This document shows, one piece after another, positions 50,885-60,175 of a DNA stretch of 64,000 nt (positions are counted from its first letter, which is position 1; each line of letters opens with the position of its first letter). The translations under genes and the position numbers were made by a program. The stretch comes from an uncultured Gemmatimonadales bacterium (GTDB lineage: Bacteria > Gemmatimonadota > Gemmatimonadetes > Gemmatimonadales > GWC2-71-9). The notes beneath the pieces were generated by a model that made no database searches, was not told where the DNA came from, and saw only the letters and a list, made by a program, of their open reading frames with translations. The DNA is taken from contig CAWCVB010000006.1 in the NCBI GenBank assembly GCA_963798915.1, positions 352,001 through 416,000 of the forward strand, in the 5' to 3' direction.

Positions 50885-52525
50885 CTACTGAACGGTCGCT
50901 GGACGCCGGTCGGCGCTTGCCAGCGTCAGCAGCTCGGCCGGTGTCGAGGCCCGACGCAGCAGCTGGATGGCGCGCTGCACCTGGGGATCGTCGCCCGCCC
51001 GCCGCTGCAGTTCCGCAGGGCGGCCGAAGACATATCTGGCCACCTCATAGCCAACCTGCTGGGCCAGAAGCCCCGATCCGCCGGCAAAGGTCGCATCCGG
51101 CACCGTGACGCCCTTCTGCTTGAGCCGTTTCCGAAACTCAGCAAGCATCGCTGGCGTGACCTCGAAGTCCGGCGAGCTCAAGGTGCCCTGGCGCTTCAGG
51201 TCGAGTGCATAACTGGTCAGCACATCCCGATACTCCGTCATGCTCTGGCCCAACGCTCGAGCCAACTCGCGCTCGGGCATATCGAGCGTGTCGGGACGCA
51301 CCACGATGTCAGGCACGATTCCGCCACCACCCCGCACCGTTCGGCCGGCATCAGTGTGGTAGACTGGGCGAGCGCGAATCGCGGAATCACTGGACGCGGC
51401 CGAGTCCACAGCTCCTGCGAGCGTCGCGGCGTCTCGCTCTGCTTGTGCCAGTTGATCCGCCTGGTCCTTGGCGGTTCGCTGGATGGTCCGGCCGCTGGGT
51501 GTGTACCACCGGGCCGTCGTGAGCTTCAGCGCCACCCCGTCGGCCAAGGGGTACAGGGTCTGGACCAATCCCTTGCCGAAGGTCGGTGTGCCGATCACGA
51601 CTGCGCGATCGTGGTCCTGCAGCGCGCCAGCGATGATCTCCGCGGCGCTCGCCGTGTAGTCGTTGGCGAGCACCACGATGGGAAGCCCGGGCCACTCCTG
51701 CGTGTGCTGGTCGGTAAACTCCCGCGACGAGCCGGGCGCCCTGCCCTTGGTCGCGACGATCTCCTGCTGGGGGTTGAGAAACAGGTCGGCAACCTGAACA
51801 CCCTGATCGAGCAGCCCGCCGGGATTGTTGCGGAGGTCGAGGATCAGCTCCTTCATGCCCTTGCCCTGCATGGCGCTGATTTCCTCGCGCAGCTCGTCGG
51901 CCGAAGTCTCGGCCACCGGGTTCAGCGAAATGAACCCGATGCCATGGTCGAACATCGTTCCCGCCGGCACCGAGCGCTGGTGAATCGCCGCGCGCTTGAG
52001 CGTCATCGGGACTACTTGATCGAGCCCGGCACGCCGGACCTTGATGGAGATCGAGCTGCCCGGGGCGCCACGCAACGCCGCGACCGCCTGATCGCTGCTC
52101 CAGCCCTGTGTGCTCCGTCCGTTTACCTCGATGATCTGGTCTCCGGTGACGATGCCAGCCCGCTCCGCGGGCGTATCCGGAAGCGGCACCACAACCGTGA
52201 TCCATCCATCGCGGACGTCAATCTGGATGCCGAGTCCGGCGTAGTTGCCGGTCGTCTGCTCGGTCAGCTGCTTGTAGTCTTCACCGGTCAGGAGCACCGA
52301 GTAGGGATCCTGCAGTTCCTCCAGCATGCCGTCGGTGGCCTTGAGATACAGGCTGTCCTGCGGGATCGAATCCACGTAGAAGCGCGTCACGTGGGCCATC
52401 ACGTTGTCAAACAGCCCGTCGCCTGAGAGAGCAATAGCGCGCTCAACCGAACGTTGCAGGAGAAAGCCGCCGCTCGCGAACGAGAGGACCACCACTGCGC
52501 TGATAAGGCCCCAACGATGCTTCAT
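50885..52525 (-). CDS. ctpA: S41 carboxy-terminal processing protease
   Basis: DPYS, PDZ GLGIQI, DLRNNPGGLL, TASAAEI, TFGKG, TTARWYTPSG. Confidence 0.92.
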   Translation of the reverse strand: MKHRWGLISAVVVLSFASGGFLLQRSVERAIALSGDGLFDNVMAHVTRFYVDSIPQDSLYLKATDGMLEELQDPYSVLLTGEDYKQLTEQTTGNYAGLGIQIDVRDGWITVVVPLPDTPAERAGIVTGDQIIEVNGRSTQGWSSDQAVAALRGAPGSSISIKVRRAGLDQVVPMTLKRAAIHQRSVPAGTMFDHGIGFISLNPVAETSADELREEISAMQGKGMKELILDLRNNPGGLLDQGVQVADLFLNPQQEIVATKGRAPGSSREFTDQHTQEWPGLPIVVLANDYTASAAEIIAGALQDHDRAVVIGTPTFGKGLVQTLYPLADGVALKLTTARWYTPSGRTIQRTAKDQADQLAQAERDAATLAGAVDSAASSDSAIRARPVYHTDAGRTVRGGGGIVPDIVVRPDTLDMPERELARALGQSMTEYRDVLTSYALDLKRQGTLSSPDFEVTPAMLAEFRKRLKQKGVTVPDATFAGGSGLLAQQVGYEVARYVFGRPAELQRRAGDDPQVQRAIQLLRRASTPAELLTLASADRRPATVQ

Positions 52526-52584
52526 GTTCCTGCCTCCACAAATCATCCTGGCGCGGCGTCGGCGCCGCTCCTCCTGCTCGAAGA

Positions 52585-53223
52585 CTAACCGGGAGTGGCC
52601 TCGGATGCTGTCCTGATGGCCCCCTCCACCGCCTCCCAGGCGGTCTCAAGGACCGCAGCGGCTGGCGCACTGCCGTCCAGGTGCCGGACTCCGGGCCCGC
52701 CCGCCGCCAGGTAGGCCTTTCGCACCCGGTCATGAAACGCCGCATCTTCCCGCTCGAAGCGGTCATCTCCCTTGCCGACCGCCACCTGGCGCGCTCGCCC
52801 CGCTTCCGGCGCAACATCCAGCACCAGCGTCAGGTCGGGCCGCAGTCCACGCGTCGCCGCATCATTGATCAGGCGAACCAGCTCCTCAGAGAGCCCGCGT
52901 CCGGCCGCCTGATAGGCCATGGTGGAGAGGTCGTAACGATCCGAGACGACCGTGCGGCCGGCTGCGAGCGCCGGGCGAATTACTGCCTGCACGAGATGTG
53001 CCCGCGCCGCCGCCACGAACAGAAGTTCGGTCTGGGGATCGAGGTCGGATTCGGGGTCGAGCAGCGCCAGGCGCGCATATTCGGCGGGAGGGGTTCCCCC
53101 GGGCTCACGAACCGGGACGACGTGCATCCCGGCGTCACGCAGGCGGGCGGCCAGCGCCGCCGCGAGGGTGCTCTTGCCGGCGCCCTCAGGACCCTCAACT
53201 ACGATGAACAGGCCGCGCGTCAC
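52585..53223 (-). CDS. tmk: Thymidylate kinase
   Basis: EGPEGAGKST, REPGGT, SDRY..STMAYQ, PDLT. Confidence 0.95.
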   Translation of the reverse strand: MTRGLFIVVEGPEGAGKSTLAAALAARLRDAGMHVVPVREPGGTPPAEYARLALLDPESDLDPQTELLFVAAARAHLVQAVIRPALAAGRTVVSDRYDLSTMAYQAAGRGLSEELVRLINDAATRGLRPDLTLVLDVAPEAGRARQVAVGKGDDRFEREDAAFHDRVRKAYLAAGGPGVRHLDGSAPAAAVLETAWEAVEGAIRTASEATPG

Positions 53224-53573
53224 GAGAGCGTGATGATACTGCTGGTCGCGCCCTTCTCGATCCCCTGGCTGATCTGCTCGTTCACCTTGGCCATCAGCTT
53301 GTCGAAGTTGGCACGGGCCACCACGTACGCCTGCCCACTCGGGCTCGTCTCCAGCTCGCGAACGGCGGTCTCATAGCTCTCGGCCACAGCCGGATCGGGC
53401 ATTTGCCCCTGCGCGATTGCCTGGTCCACCTGTCGAGCAAGCTGCTGGATGCGGTCCAGGCGGGCCACCGTCTCCTTGTCCTCCCGAAGTGTGGCTTCCG
53501 CTCGCCGCATGGCCTGATATTCCGTGGACTGGCCGATGAGGCGTCCGAGTTCCTGCGCCTTGTCCCAGATCAT
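53220..53573 (-). CDS. YlbF/YmcA (Com_YlbF) family protein
   Basis: IWDKAQELGRLI.QS.EY N-terminus, helical. Confidence 0.75.
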   Translation of the reverse strand: MIWDKAQELGRLIGQSTEYQAMRRAEATLREDKETVARLDRIQQLARQVDQAIAQGQMPDPAVAESYETAVRELETSPSGQAYVVARANFDKLMAKVNEQISQGIEKGATSSIITLS

Positions 53574-54427
53574 GCGTTACTCCTTTGAGCCAGCAGGAAA
53601 CGCTCGCGCCCGAACAGATCCTGATGAATAGTCACGACGCCGAATCCGGCGCCCAGGGCGATCCGCCTGGATTCCACTGCCCGGCTGGAGTCGATCTCCA
53701 TCACGACCCATCCTCCAGAAGAGAGCCCCCGCGCAGCATCCGCCAGCACGGCGCGCGTGGCGGCCAGGCCATCCAGTCCACTCTCCAGCGCGAGCCGTGG
53801 TTCGAATTCGCGCACCGACCGGTCCAGACTGCGGAACTCCGCTGTGGAAAGATACGGGGGATTGGACACAATGAGGTCGAAGGCGCCGCTCGCCAGGCCG
53901 CTACCAAAGTCGCCGCGGACCAACTCGATGGATGCGCGGGCCGCAGCCGCATTGCGTCGGGCAACTGCGAGTGCAGCCGCACTCCGGTCCACCGCCACCA
54001 CGGTTCGAAACCAGCCCTCTGTCGCCAGGGCCAGCGCCAGACAGCCGGAACCAGTGCCGATGTCAGCCACACGACCGCTGTTGATACGCTCCAATGCCAG
54101 CTCGACCAGAAGCTCCGTTTCAGGGCGCGGAATCAGTACGGCTGGCGTAATCTCGAGCGTGAGACGCCGGAATCCCCAGCGGCCAATGACGTAGGCCAAG
54201 GGCATTCCCTGGGCCCGCAGCTCGATGGCGCGCTCGAAGCGTGCTGCCTGCAGCGGCTCCGTGGCCAAGTCGCGTTCGGGCCAGCCGCCAGATGCTCCTG
54301 CGGCACTCAGATCGTCCCAGATCCGAGCGGCCTCACGCCTCGCCTCGGCGATGCCTGCCCCCGCGAGGCGGGCCGCAGCACCGACAAGCAGCTGCCGGAC
54401 GGTCGCGCCGGCCATGTCAATCGCCAC
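53570..54427 (-). CDS. prmC: Release factor glutamine methyltransferase
   Basis: PLAYVIG, LIPRPETE, DIGTGSG, SNPPY; start uncertain (54427 or 54415). Confidence 0.94.
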   Translation of the reverse strand: MAIDMAGATVRQLLVGAAARLAGAGIAEARREAARIWDDLSAAGASGGWPERDLATEPLQAARFERAIELRAQGMPLAYVIGRWGFRRLTLEITPAVLIPRPETELLVELALERINSGRVADIGTGSGCLALALATEGWFRTVVAVDRSAAALAVARRNAAAARASIELVRGDFGSGLASGAFDLIVSNPPYLSTAEFRSLDRSVREFEPRLALESGLDGLAATRAVLADAARGLSSGGWVVMEIDSSRAVESRRIALGAGFGVVTIHQDLFGRERFLLAQRSNA

Positions 54428-55478
54428 CGAACTGCTCCTCTCGGCTTGCCAGGCGCACGGCCCCGATGAGAGCATCCAGGTCGCCGTTCATGACGTCCGC
54501 CAGATTGTGCACCGAGAAATTGATGCGGTGATCAGTGACCCGGCTCTGGGGATAGTTGTAGGTGCGAATCTTTCCCGAGCGGTCCCCAGTGCCTACCATG
54601 GCGCGACGCTCCTGCGAGCGGGCCGATTCCTGCTGGGCGATCATCCGGTCCAGCAGCCGGGCACGCAGGACCTCCATGGCCTTGAGCTTGTTCTGCAGCT
54701 GCGACTTCTGGTCCTGCTGCTGCACGACGACGCCGGTGGGCACATGGGTAATCCGTACGGCACTGTCCGTGGTGTTGACGCTCTGCCCGCCCGGACCCGA
54801 CGAGCGGAAGACATCGATCCGCAAGTCGCCCGGGTCGATCGTCACATCCACTTCCTCGGCCTCGGGCAGGACGGCAACCGTGGCGGCAGACGTATGGATC
54901 CGCCCCTGCGTCTCGGTGGCTGGCACGCGCTGCACCCGGTGCACACCGCTTTCGCGCCGAAGCAACCCGAAGGCGTCCGGGCCCCGCACGGCGACGATGG
55001 CTTCCTTCAGGCCACCCATATTGCCTTCGCTTACGCTGATCGGCTCCCACCCGAGATGATGGCGGGTCGCAAACCGCTCGTACATCCGGTAGAGGTCACC
55101 GCAGAAGAGCGAGGCCTCATCGCCCCCTGTTCCTGCCCGGAGTTCCAGGATGGCGTCCCGGTCGTCGTGCGGGTCACGTGGCAGCAGGAGCGCGTGGAGT
55201 TGCTCCTCGAGCATCGCTATTTCCGGCCGCAGCCGATCGAGGTCCGCCGAGGCCAACGCAACAAGCTCGGGGTCGGCCTCCGCGGCCAATTCCCGAGCTT
55301 GTTCCAGTTCATTCTGCAATCGGGCCAGGCGCTCCGCTGTCCGGACGACCGGCATCAGTCGGGTATGTTCCCGGCCGAGGGCGCGCAGTTTGGCGGAGTC
55401 CCGCGCAACTGCGGGATCGGCGAGGGCATCGGCCACTTCCTCCGCCCGCTGCAATACCTGGCGGAGCCGGCCCTCCAT
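54417..55478 (-). CDS. prfA: Peptide chain release factor 1
   Basis: GTGGDEA, PAT (PxT) motif, GGQ, RTYNYPQ. Confidence 0.97.
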   Translation of the reverse strand: MEGRLRQVLQRAEEVADALADPAVARDSAKLRALGREHTRLMPVVRTAERLARLQNELEQARELAAEADPELVALASADLDRLRPEIAMLEEQLHALLLPRDPHDDRDAILELRAGTGGDEASLFCGDLYRMYERFATRHHLGWEPISVSEGNMGGLKEAIVAVRGPDAFGLLRRESGVHRVQRVPATETQGRIHTSAATVAVLPEAEEVDVTIDPGDLRIDVFRSSGPGGQSVNTTDSAVRITHVPTGVVVQQQDQKSQLQNKLKAMEVLRARLLDRMIAQQESARSQERRAMVGTGDRSGKIRTYNYPQSRVTDHRINFSVHNLADVMNGDLDALIGAVRLASREEQFGGD

Positions 55479-55481
55479 GAC

Positions 55482-55688
55482 CTACGCCTTTGTGCCCTCG
55501 TACTTGCGCCGGAAGCGGTCCACCCGGCCCGCAGTATCGATCATGCGCTGCTTGCCGGTGTAATATGGATGGCACTTGGCGCAGACTTCCACATGGATGT
55601 TGGAAGCCGTCGAGCGGGTTTCGAACGAATTGCCGCAGGCGCACACGACGGTGAGTGTTTCGTACTTGGGATGCAGGTCGGCCTTCAC
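55482..55688 (-). CDS. rpmE: 50S ribosomal protein L31 (Zn-binding type)
   Basis: [24 protein letters not shown]. Confidence 0.96.
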   Translation of the reverse strand: MKADLHPKYETLTVVCACGNSFETRSTASNIHVEVCAKCHPYYTGKQRMIDTAGRVDRFRRKYEGTKA

Positions 55689-55745
55689 GGAATGCTCCTG
55701 GAAAACGCCCGGTTCGGGGCAACGAAATCGAAACTATAGCCCTTC

Positions 55746-55774
55746 AATTTAACGGGGACCGCTCCTGGCCTCAA
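55746..55774 (-). promoter_or_regulatory. Putative sigma70 promoter of the rpmE-prfA operon
   Basis: Minus strand TTGAGG-N17-TAAATT. Confidence 0.55.
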
Positions 55775-55787
55775 GCGAGCGTAGGAT

Positions 55788-55816
55788 TTGACACGATCGC
55801 ATGCCGCAAGTAGTTT
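55788..55816 (+). promoter_or_regulatory. Putative sigma70 promoter of the Crp/Fnr gene
   Basis: TTGACA-N17-TAGTTT. Confidence 0.7.
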
Positions 55817-55860
55817 CATGGCAATCACTTGCAGGTTGACGCTTTCATCCATTCGAGGCG

Positions 55861-56541
55861 ATGATGACCCTCGCGACGGTTGAGGTTCTCCGGAAGGTGC
55901 CGTTGTTCGCCAGCCTCTCGGCGGTGGACCTTCAGGCATTTGCCGACCTGTGTCGGGAGCGCAGCTATCCGCGGGGCAGTGTCATTGTCTTTGAGGACGA
56001 TCCCGGGGACGCGATGTATCTGGTTGCCTCTGGCCAGGTGAAGGTCGTGCTGATCGCCGAGGACGGGCGGGAAGTCATCCTCTCGGTGCTGGGCGAAGGA
56101 GCCGTGTTCGGGGAAATGGCGGTCATCGACGAGGAGCCGCGATCAGCCCACGTCATCGCCATGGAGGACTCGGTCCTCGTGGTGCTGCGCCGGGAGGACT
56201 TCCAGAACCGGCTCCGCCAGTCGCCGGATGTCTCGATTGCGCTGCTCAAGGAACTCTCACGCCGGCTTCGACGCGCCGACGAAAAGATTGCCAACCTGGT
56301 CCTCCTGGACGTGAACGGCCGGGTCGCGAGCCTGCTGCTTCGGATGGCGGAAGAAGAAGGCGGCGATCGTATTACCCGCCGGCTGACGCACCACACCATC
56401 GCGCAGATGATCGGATCCAGCCGCGAGACGGTGTCCCGCACCATGCGAGCACTGGTGGATCGCGGGGTGCTCGATGTCTCGCGCCGCCAGATCATCCTCA
56501 AGGACCGGCGACATCTGCTGCTGGCCGCGCGCCGCTCGTGA
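55861..56541 (+). CDS. Crp/Fnr family transcriptional regulator (cNMP-binding)
   Basis: FGEMA..PRSA phosphate-binding cassette, HTH IGSSRETVSR; no FNR Cys cluster. Confidence 0.93.
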   Translation: MMTLATVEVLRKVPLFASLSAVDLQAFADLCRERSYPRGSVIVFEDDPGDAMYLVASGQVKVVLIAEDGREVILSVLGEGAVFGEMAVIDEEPRSAHVIAMEDSVLVVLRREDFQNRLRQSPDVSIALLKELSRRLRRADEKIANLVLLDVNGRVASLLLRMAEEEGGDRITRRLTHHTIAQMIGSSRETVSRTMRALVDRGVLDVSRRQIILKDRRHLLLAARRS

Positions 56542-56569
56542 CCGCCCTCACCCGGCGGTCGTGAGCGGC
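56531..56569 (+). terminator. 16-bp hairpin overlapping the Crp stop codon
   Basis: GCCGCTCGTGACCGCC / GGCGGTCGTGAGCGGC with G-U pairs; no U-tract. Confidence 0.45.
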
Positions 56570-56637
56570 ACCGTAGCCCCTCGGGCGTCAGTGTTGTTCC
56601 TTGGAACCATGCCTTCGCCATCTCCCTGGAGGGCCCG

Positions 56638-57501
56638 ATGGCCGCGCCAGAAGTAACCTTCTGGGGCGTCCGCGGCTCCATTCCGACCCCCGGCCCGGCG
56701 ACCGCCCGTTACGGCGGCAACACGCCCTGCGTCTCCGTGACGAATGGCGAGGGTCGCGTCGTAATCCTGGACGCGGGAAGCGGGCTCCGGAACCTGGGCG
56801 ATCGGCTGATGCATCGCGCCCAGAACGCACCGCTCGAAGTCGACCTTCTGCTGAGCCACACCCACTGGGACCACATCCAGGGATTCCCCTTTTTCAAGCC
56901 GCTCAGCGACGTCCGCACGGTGGTGCGGATTCATGGTGCGCGGCAGGACGACAGCCCACTTGGCGCCATCCTCGAACGGCAGATGGACCCCTCGGTCTTT
57001 CCGGTGCCGCTGACGGCGCTCGCCGCCCGCATCGAGGTGCTCGAAATCGGCCCGGGCCCTTTTGAATTGTCCGGTTTCCGGGCGGAAGCTGTTCGACTGC
57101 GGCATCCCGGCACCACCCTGGGCTTCATTCTGGAACCGGCCTCGGGTGGCCGCAGATTTGCTTACCTCACCGACAATGAATTGGACCAGCGGGCGAGCTA
57201 TCCACTGCCCGACAGCTGGCGGCATGAACTTGTCGAGCGTTTGCGCGGCGTAGACACCCTGATTCACGACGCGATGTACGCCGACGATTTCGTTGACGCC
57301 CGCTCGGGGTGGGGCCACTCAACACCCGAGCAGTCGGTCGAACTGGCGCGAAATGCGGGAGTTCGGCGCGTCATCCTGTTTCACCACGAACCCGAGAACG
57401 ACGATGACGCTGTGGACACGCTCTTGGCGCGCGCGCGCCAGTCGGCCGGCGACGGCCTCGAAGTAGACGCCGCCGTCGAAGGGACTTCGTTCGTGCTCTA
57501 G
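56638..57501 (+). CDS. MBL-fold metallo-hydrolase (phosphodiesterase-like)
   Basis: FWGVRGSIP, YGGNTPC, DAGSG, SHTHWDHIQG, TDNE, GWGHS, FHHEP. Confidence 0.9.
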   Translation: MAAPEVTFWGVRGSIPTPGPATARYGGNTPCVSVTNGEGRVVILDAGSGLRNLGDRLMHRAQNAPLEVDLLLSHTHWDHIQGFPFFKPLSDVRTVVRIHGARQDDSPLGAILERQMDPSVFPVPLTALAARIEVLEIGPGPFELSGFRAEAVRLRHPGTTLGFILEPASGGRRFAYLTDNELDQRASYPLPDSWRHELVERLRGVDTLIHDAMYADDFVDARSGWGHSTPEQSVELARNAGVRRVILFHHEPENDDDAVDTLLARARQSAGDGLEVDAAVEGTSFVL

Positions 57502-57514
57502 CAAGGAGAAGCCG

Positions 57515-58177
57515 ATGGGCCGGATTGCGTTGCTGGCGCTGGCACTGGCAGGCTCCGTTCGGATTGCCGCGGCGCAGGCGCCGCCGGTCGCCATCGCCAT
57601 TCTTCCGTTCACCGACGGCGGCTCGTACGGTCAGGATCGCGAGAGCTTCGAGGCGCTCGCGGTGGCCATTCCGGCCCTGATGGCGCGAGCCCTCGCCTCG
57701 AGTTCCATCCAGCTGGTTCCGCGCGAAACCGTCATCGACGCCATGCCTGCGAGTGAGCGGCGGCTGGACATCGCCGAGACCGCTGAGCTGGGACGCCAGC
57801 TCAGGGTGCGCTACGTCATCACCGGCGCATTCATAGACCACTATGGCCGGTTCCGGATCGACGCACGGGTGGTTGATGCGGAGCGTCGCGCGATCGTGGG
57901 CGTGGTATCCAACGCTCCCGCGCTGCAGGATCGGCGGCAGCTGTTCGAGATGATCGGGAGCGTCGCCAGCGGTCTGGGGCAACAGCTTGGGGTCCCTGCC
58001 CCGGATTCGCCCAGGCACGTGGTACCGAGTGATGCGATCACGCTCTACGGACGCGGTCTTCGCCTGGCAGACCGAAACCTGCCGGACAGTGCCAGGGTAT
58101 TGTACCGCCGAGCGCTGCAGGCAGATTCCGAGTTTGCTGCGGCCAGGGAGTCTTTGAGCTCGACCGGTCAGCACTGA
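57515..58177 (+). CDS. Exported TolB_N/CsgG-like domain protein with C-terminal TPR
   Basis: Signal peptide, IAILPF, LGRQLRVRYVITG, RIDARVVD, YRRALQADSEFAAA. Confidence 0.7.
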   Translation: MGRIALLALALAGSVRIAAAQAPPVAIAILPFTDGGSYGQDRESFEALAVAIPALMARALASSSIQLVPRETVIDAMPASERRLDIAETAELGRQLRVRYVITGAFIDHYGRFRIDARVVDAERRAIVGVVSNAPALQDRRQLFEMIGSVASGLGQQLGVPAPDSPRHVVPSDAITLYGRGLRLADRNLPDSARVLYRRALQADSEFAAARESLSSTGQH

Positions 58178-58180
58178 CCG

Positions 58181-60175
58181 ATGACGCGTGCCCGTCCAGA
58201 ACTGTTCCACACCTCCGAGTGGGCGCCCGACCAGGCGGTTGCGGCGGCGTTGGCCGCCGACCATGTGCTGTGCCGGTGCATTGAACCCCGCGGCATGCCG
58301 ACCTCACTGGACGCCCCGTCGGCGCTGCTGGTGTCGATGGCGTCACTCGCGGCCTGGGGCCTGCCGACACTCGCTGAGACAGCGGACCGCGGCGTCTCGC
58401 TGGTGCTCCTGGGCGACGGGAATGACGACGACTTCCCGTGCGATCTCCCGCTGCATCTCGTCACGGCGTTCGTCACCTCCCCGCGATTCTCCCGGCAGCT
58501 CATCCTGGCCCTGCGCACAGCGCTTCGCGAGGCCGGCGAGCGCCGTCACATCAGCAACGCACTGGCGGAGCGGGCGGCCTATGCCCGTGAGGTGCGCGAC
58601 CTCACCGAAACGGGAATCCGCCTGCTCACCGAGCGGAAGCATGACGCCCTGCTTGAACTCATCGTCTCCCAGTCACGGCGGCTGACGGCGGCTGACGCCG
58701 CCTCGCTCTACCTGCTCGAGCGCAACGGCGGCACGCGGCCTCGCCTGGTGTTCAAGTTAAGCCAGAACGAGAGCCGGCCGGACATACGCCTTGAATCATT
58801 TTCTCTCCCGCTCGACAGCACGTCGCTGGCGGGGCACGCCGCGTGCTCGGGCGAGCCGTTGATCGTCGACGACGCATACGGCCTTCCTGCCGAAGCGCCC
58901 TGCGGCTTCAATCGCTCGATCGACGCCGCATCAGGCTACCGGACCAAGTCCATGCTGGTCATCCCCATGCCGAACCAGACGGGTGAGGTCATCGGCGTGC
59001 TCCAATTGATGAATCGAAAGCCGCCGGGCTGCCGGGTGTTCCGGGATGCGACCGACATCGAGGCCATGGCACTGCCGTTTGACACACGCACGGTTGACCT
59101 GGCGCGGGCGCTGGCGGGCCAGGCCGCGGTCTCCATCGAGAACGCCCGGCTGCATGGCAGCATCGAGCAGCTGTTTGAGGAATTCGTGCTGGCGACGGTG
59201 AGCGCCATCGAACAGCGCGACCCCGCCACGTCCGGGCACAGCGAACGCGTGGCGACGTTGACCTGTGCGCTTGCCGAGGCCGTGAGCCGGGACCAGGGGC
59301 CACGCTTCGCCGGTGTGGCATTCAGCCCGCTCGACCTGCAAGTGCTGCGATACGCCGCGCTCCTGCATGACGTCGGCAAGCTGGGCGTACGCGAGCAGGT
59401 CCTGGTCAAGGCGAGAAAGTTGTATCCCGGCCAGCTCGCCGTCATCGAGCTCCGGCATGCCCTGCTTCGCCAGGTGGCCGAGTCGCGCTACCAGCGTGAG
59501 CTCAACCGATTTCTCTATGAGCGCGGCCGCGACGGCTTCGATGCGGCCGAGCGCGCCCTGCGGGCGCAACGTGACAAGTCACTGTCGCAGCTGGACCGGA
59601 GCATGGCCCTGGTGCGGGAGGCCGATGAACCGCATCTCATGCCGGCGTCGGTCGCTACGGAACTCAGCGCGCTTGGCCAGCCACACTTCCAGGGGCCGGA
59701 CGGGCGCCCGGCGGCCTTTCTCAGCGCGGACGAACTGGCGGCGCTGCAGGTGAAGCAGGGATCGTTGCGGGAGGATGAGTGGGAGGAAGTTCGCGGCCAC
59801 GCGGTCCTGACCTGGGAATTTCTGAACCGCATTCCGTGGACAGCCGACTTGTCTGCGGTGCCTTCAATTGCCAGGGGTCATCACGAGAAACTTGACGGCA
59901 GCGGCTATCCCCAAGGCCTGACGGGCGACGCCATTGCGCTCGCGACCCGGATGATGACAGTCGCGGACATTTATGACGCACTCTCGGCCGCTGACCGTCC
60001 CTACAAGCGGGCAGTGCCGCCCGGCCGGGCGCTGGAGATCCTCTCCGAGGAGGCCCGCCAGGGCAAGCTCGACGCGGATCTGGTACGACTCTTCATCGAG
60101 GCGCGCGTCTTCGAGTCCCATCCCGGGCGGCCGCCGACGCCGTCACTGGCGGATGGTCACGTCCCGGCCGCGTGA
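58181..60175 (+). CDS. GAF + HD-GYP phosphodiesterase
   Basis: GAF (SGYRTKSMLVIPM, GVLQLMN), RDPATSGHSERV, LLHDVGK, HHEKLDGSGYP, VADIYDAL, RPYK. Confidence 0.92.
   Translation: MTRARPELFHTSEWAPDQAVAAALAADHVLCRCIEPRGMPTSLDAPSALLVSMASLAAWGLPTLAETADRGVSLVLLGDGNDDDFPCDLPLHLVTAFVTSPRFSRQLILALRTALREAGERRHISNALAERAAYAREVRDLTETGIRLLTERKHDALLELIVSQSRRLTAADAASLYLLERNGGTRPRLVFKLSQNESRPDIRLESFSLPLDSTSLAGHAACSGEPLIVDDAYGLPAEAPCGFNRSIDAASGYRTKSMLVIPMPNQTGEVIGVLQLMNRKPPGCRVFRDATDIEAMALPFDTRTVDLARALAGQAAVSIENARLHGSIEQLFEEFVLATVSAIEQRDPATSGHSERVATLTCALAEAVSRDQGPRFAGVAFSPLDLQVLRYAALLHDVGKLGVREQVLVKARKLYPGQLAVIELRHALLRQVAESRYQRELNRFLYERGRDGFDAAERALRAQRDKSLSQLDRSMALVREADEPHLMPASVATELSALGQPHFQGPDGRPAAFLSADELAALQVKQGSLREDEWEEVRGHAVLTWEFLNRIPWTADLSAVPSIARGHHEKLDGSGYPQGLTGDAIALATRMMTVADIYDALSAADRPYKRAVPPGRALEILSEEARQGKLDADLVRLFIEARVFESHPGRPPTPSLADGHVPAA

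Noticed and set aside
55780..55850. CRP/FNR autoregulatory site upstream of crp
   Set aside because: TTTGA-CACGA-TCGCA has a 5-nt spacer rather than 6 and is better explained as a TTGACA -35 box.
60143..60175. 33-nt convergent overlap of the HD-GYP and Gfo/Idh/MocA genes
   Set aside because: Short tail-to-tail overlaps are common in GC-rich genomes; no sign of function.
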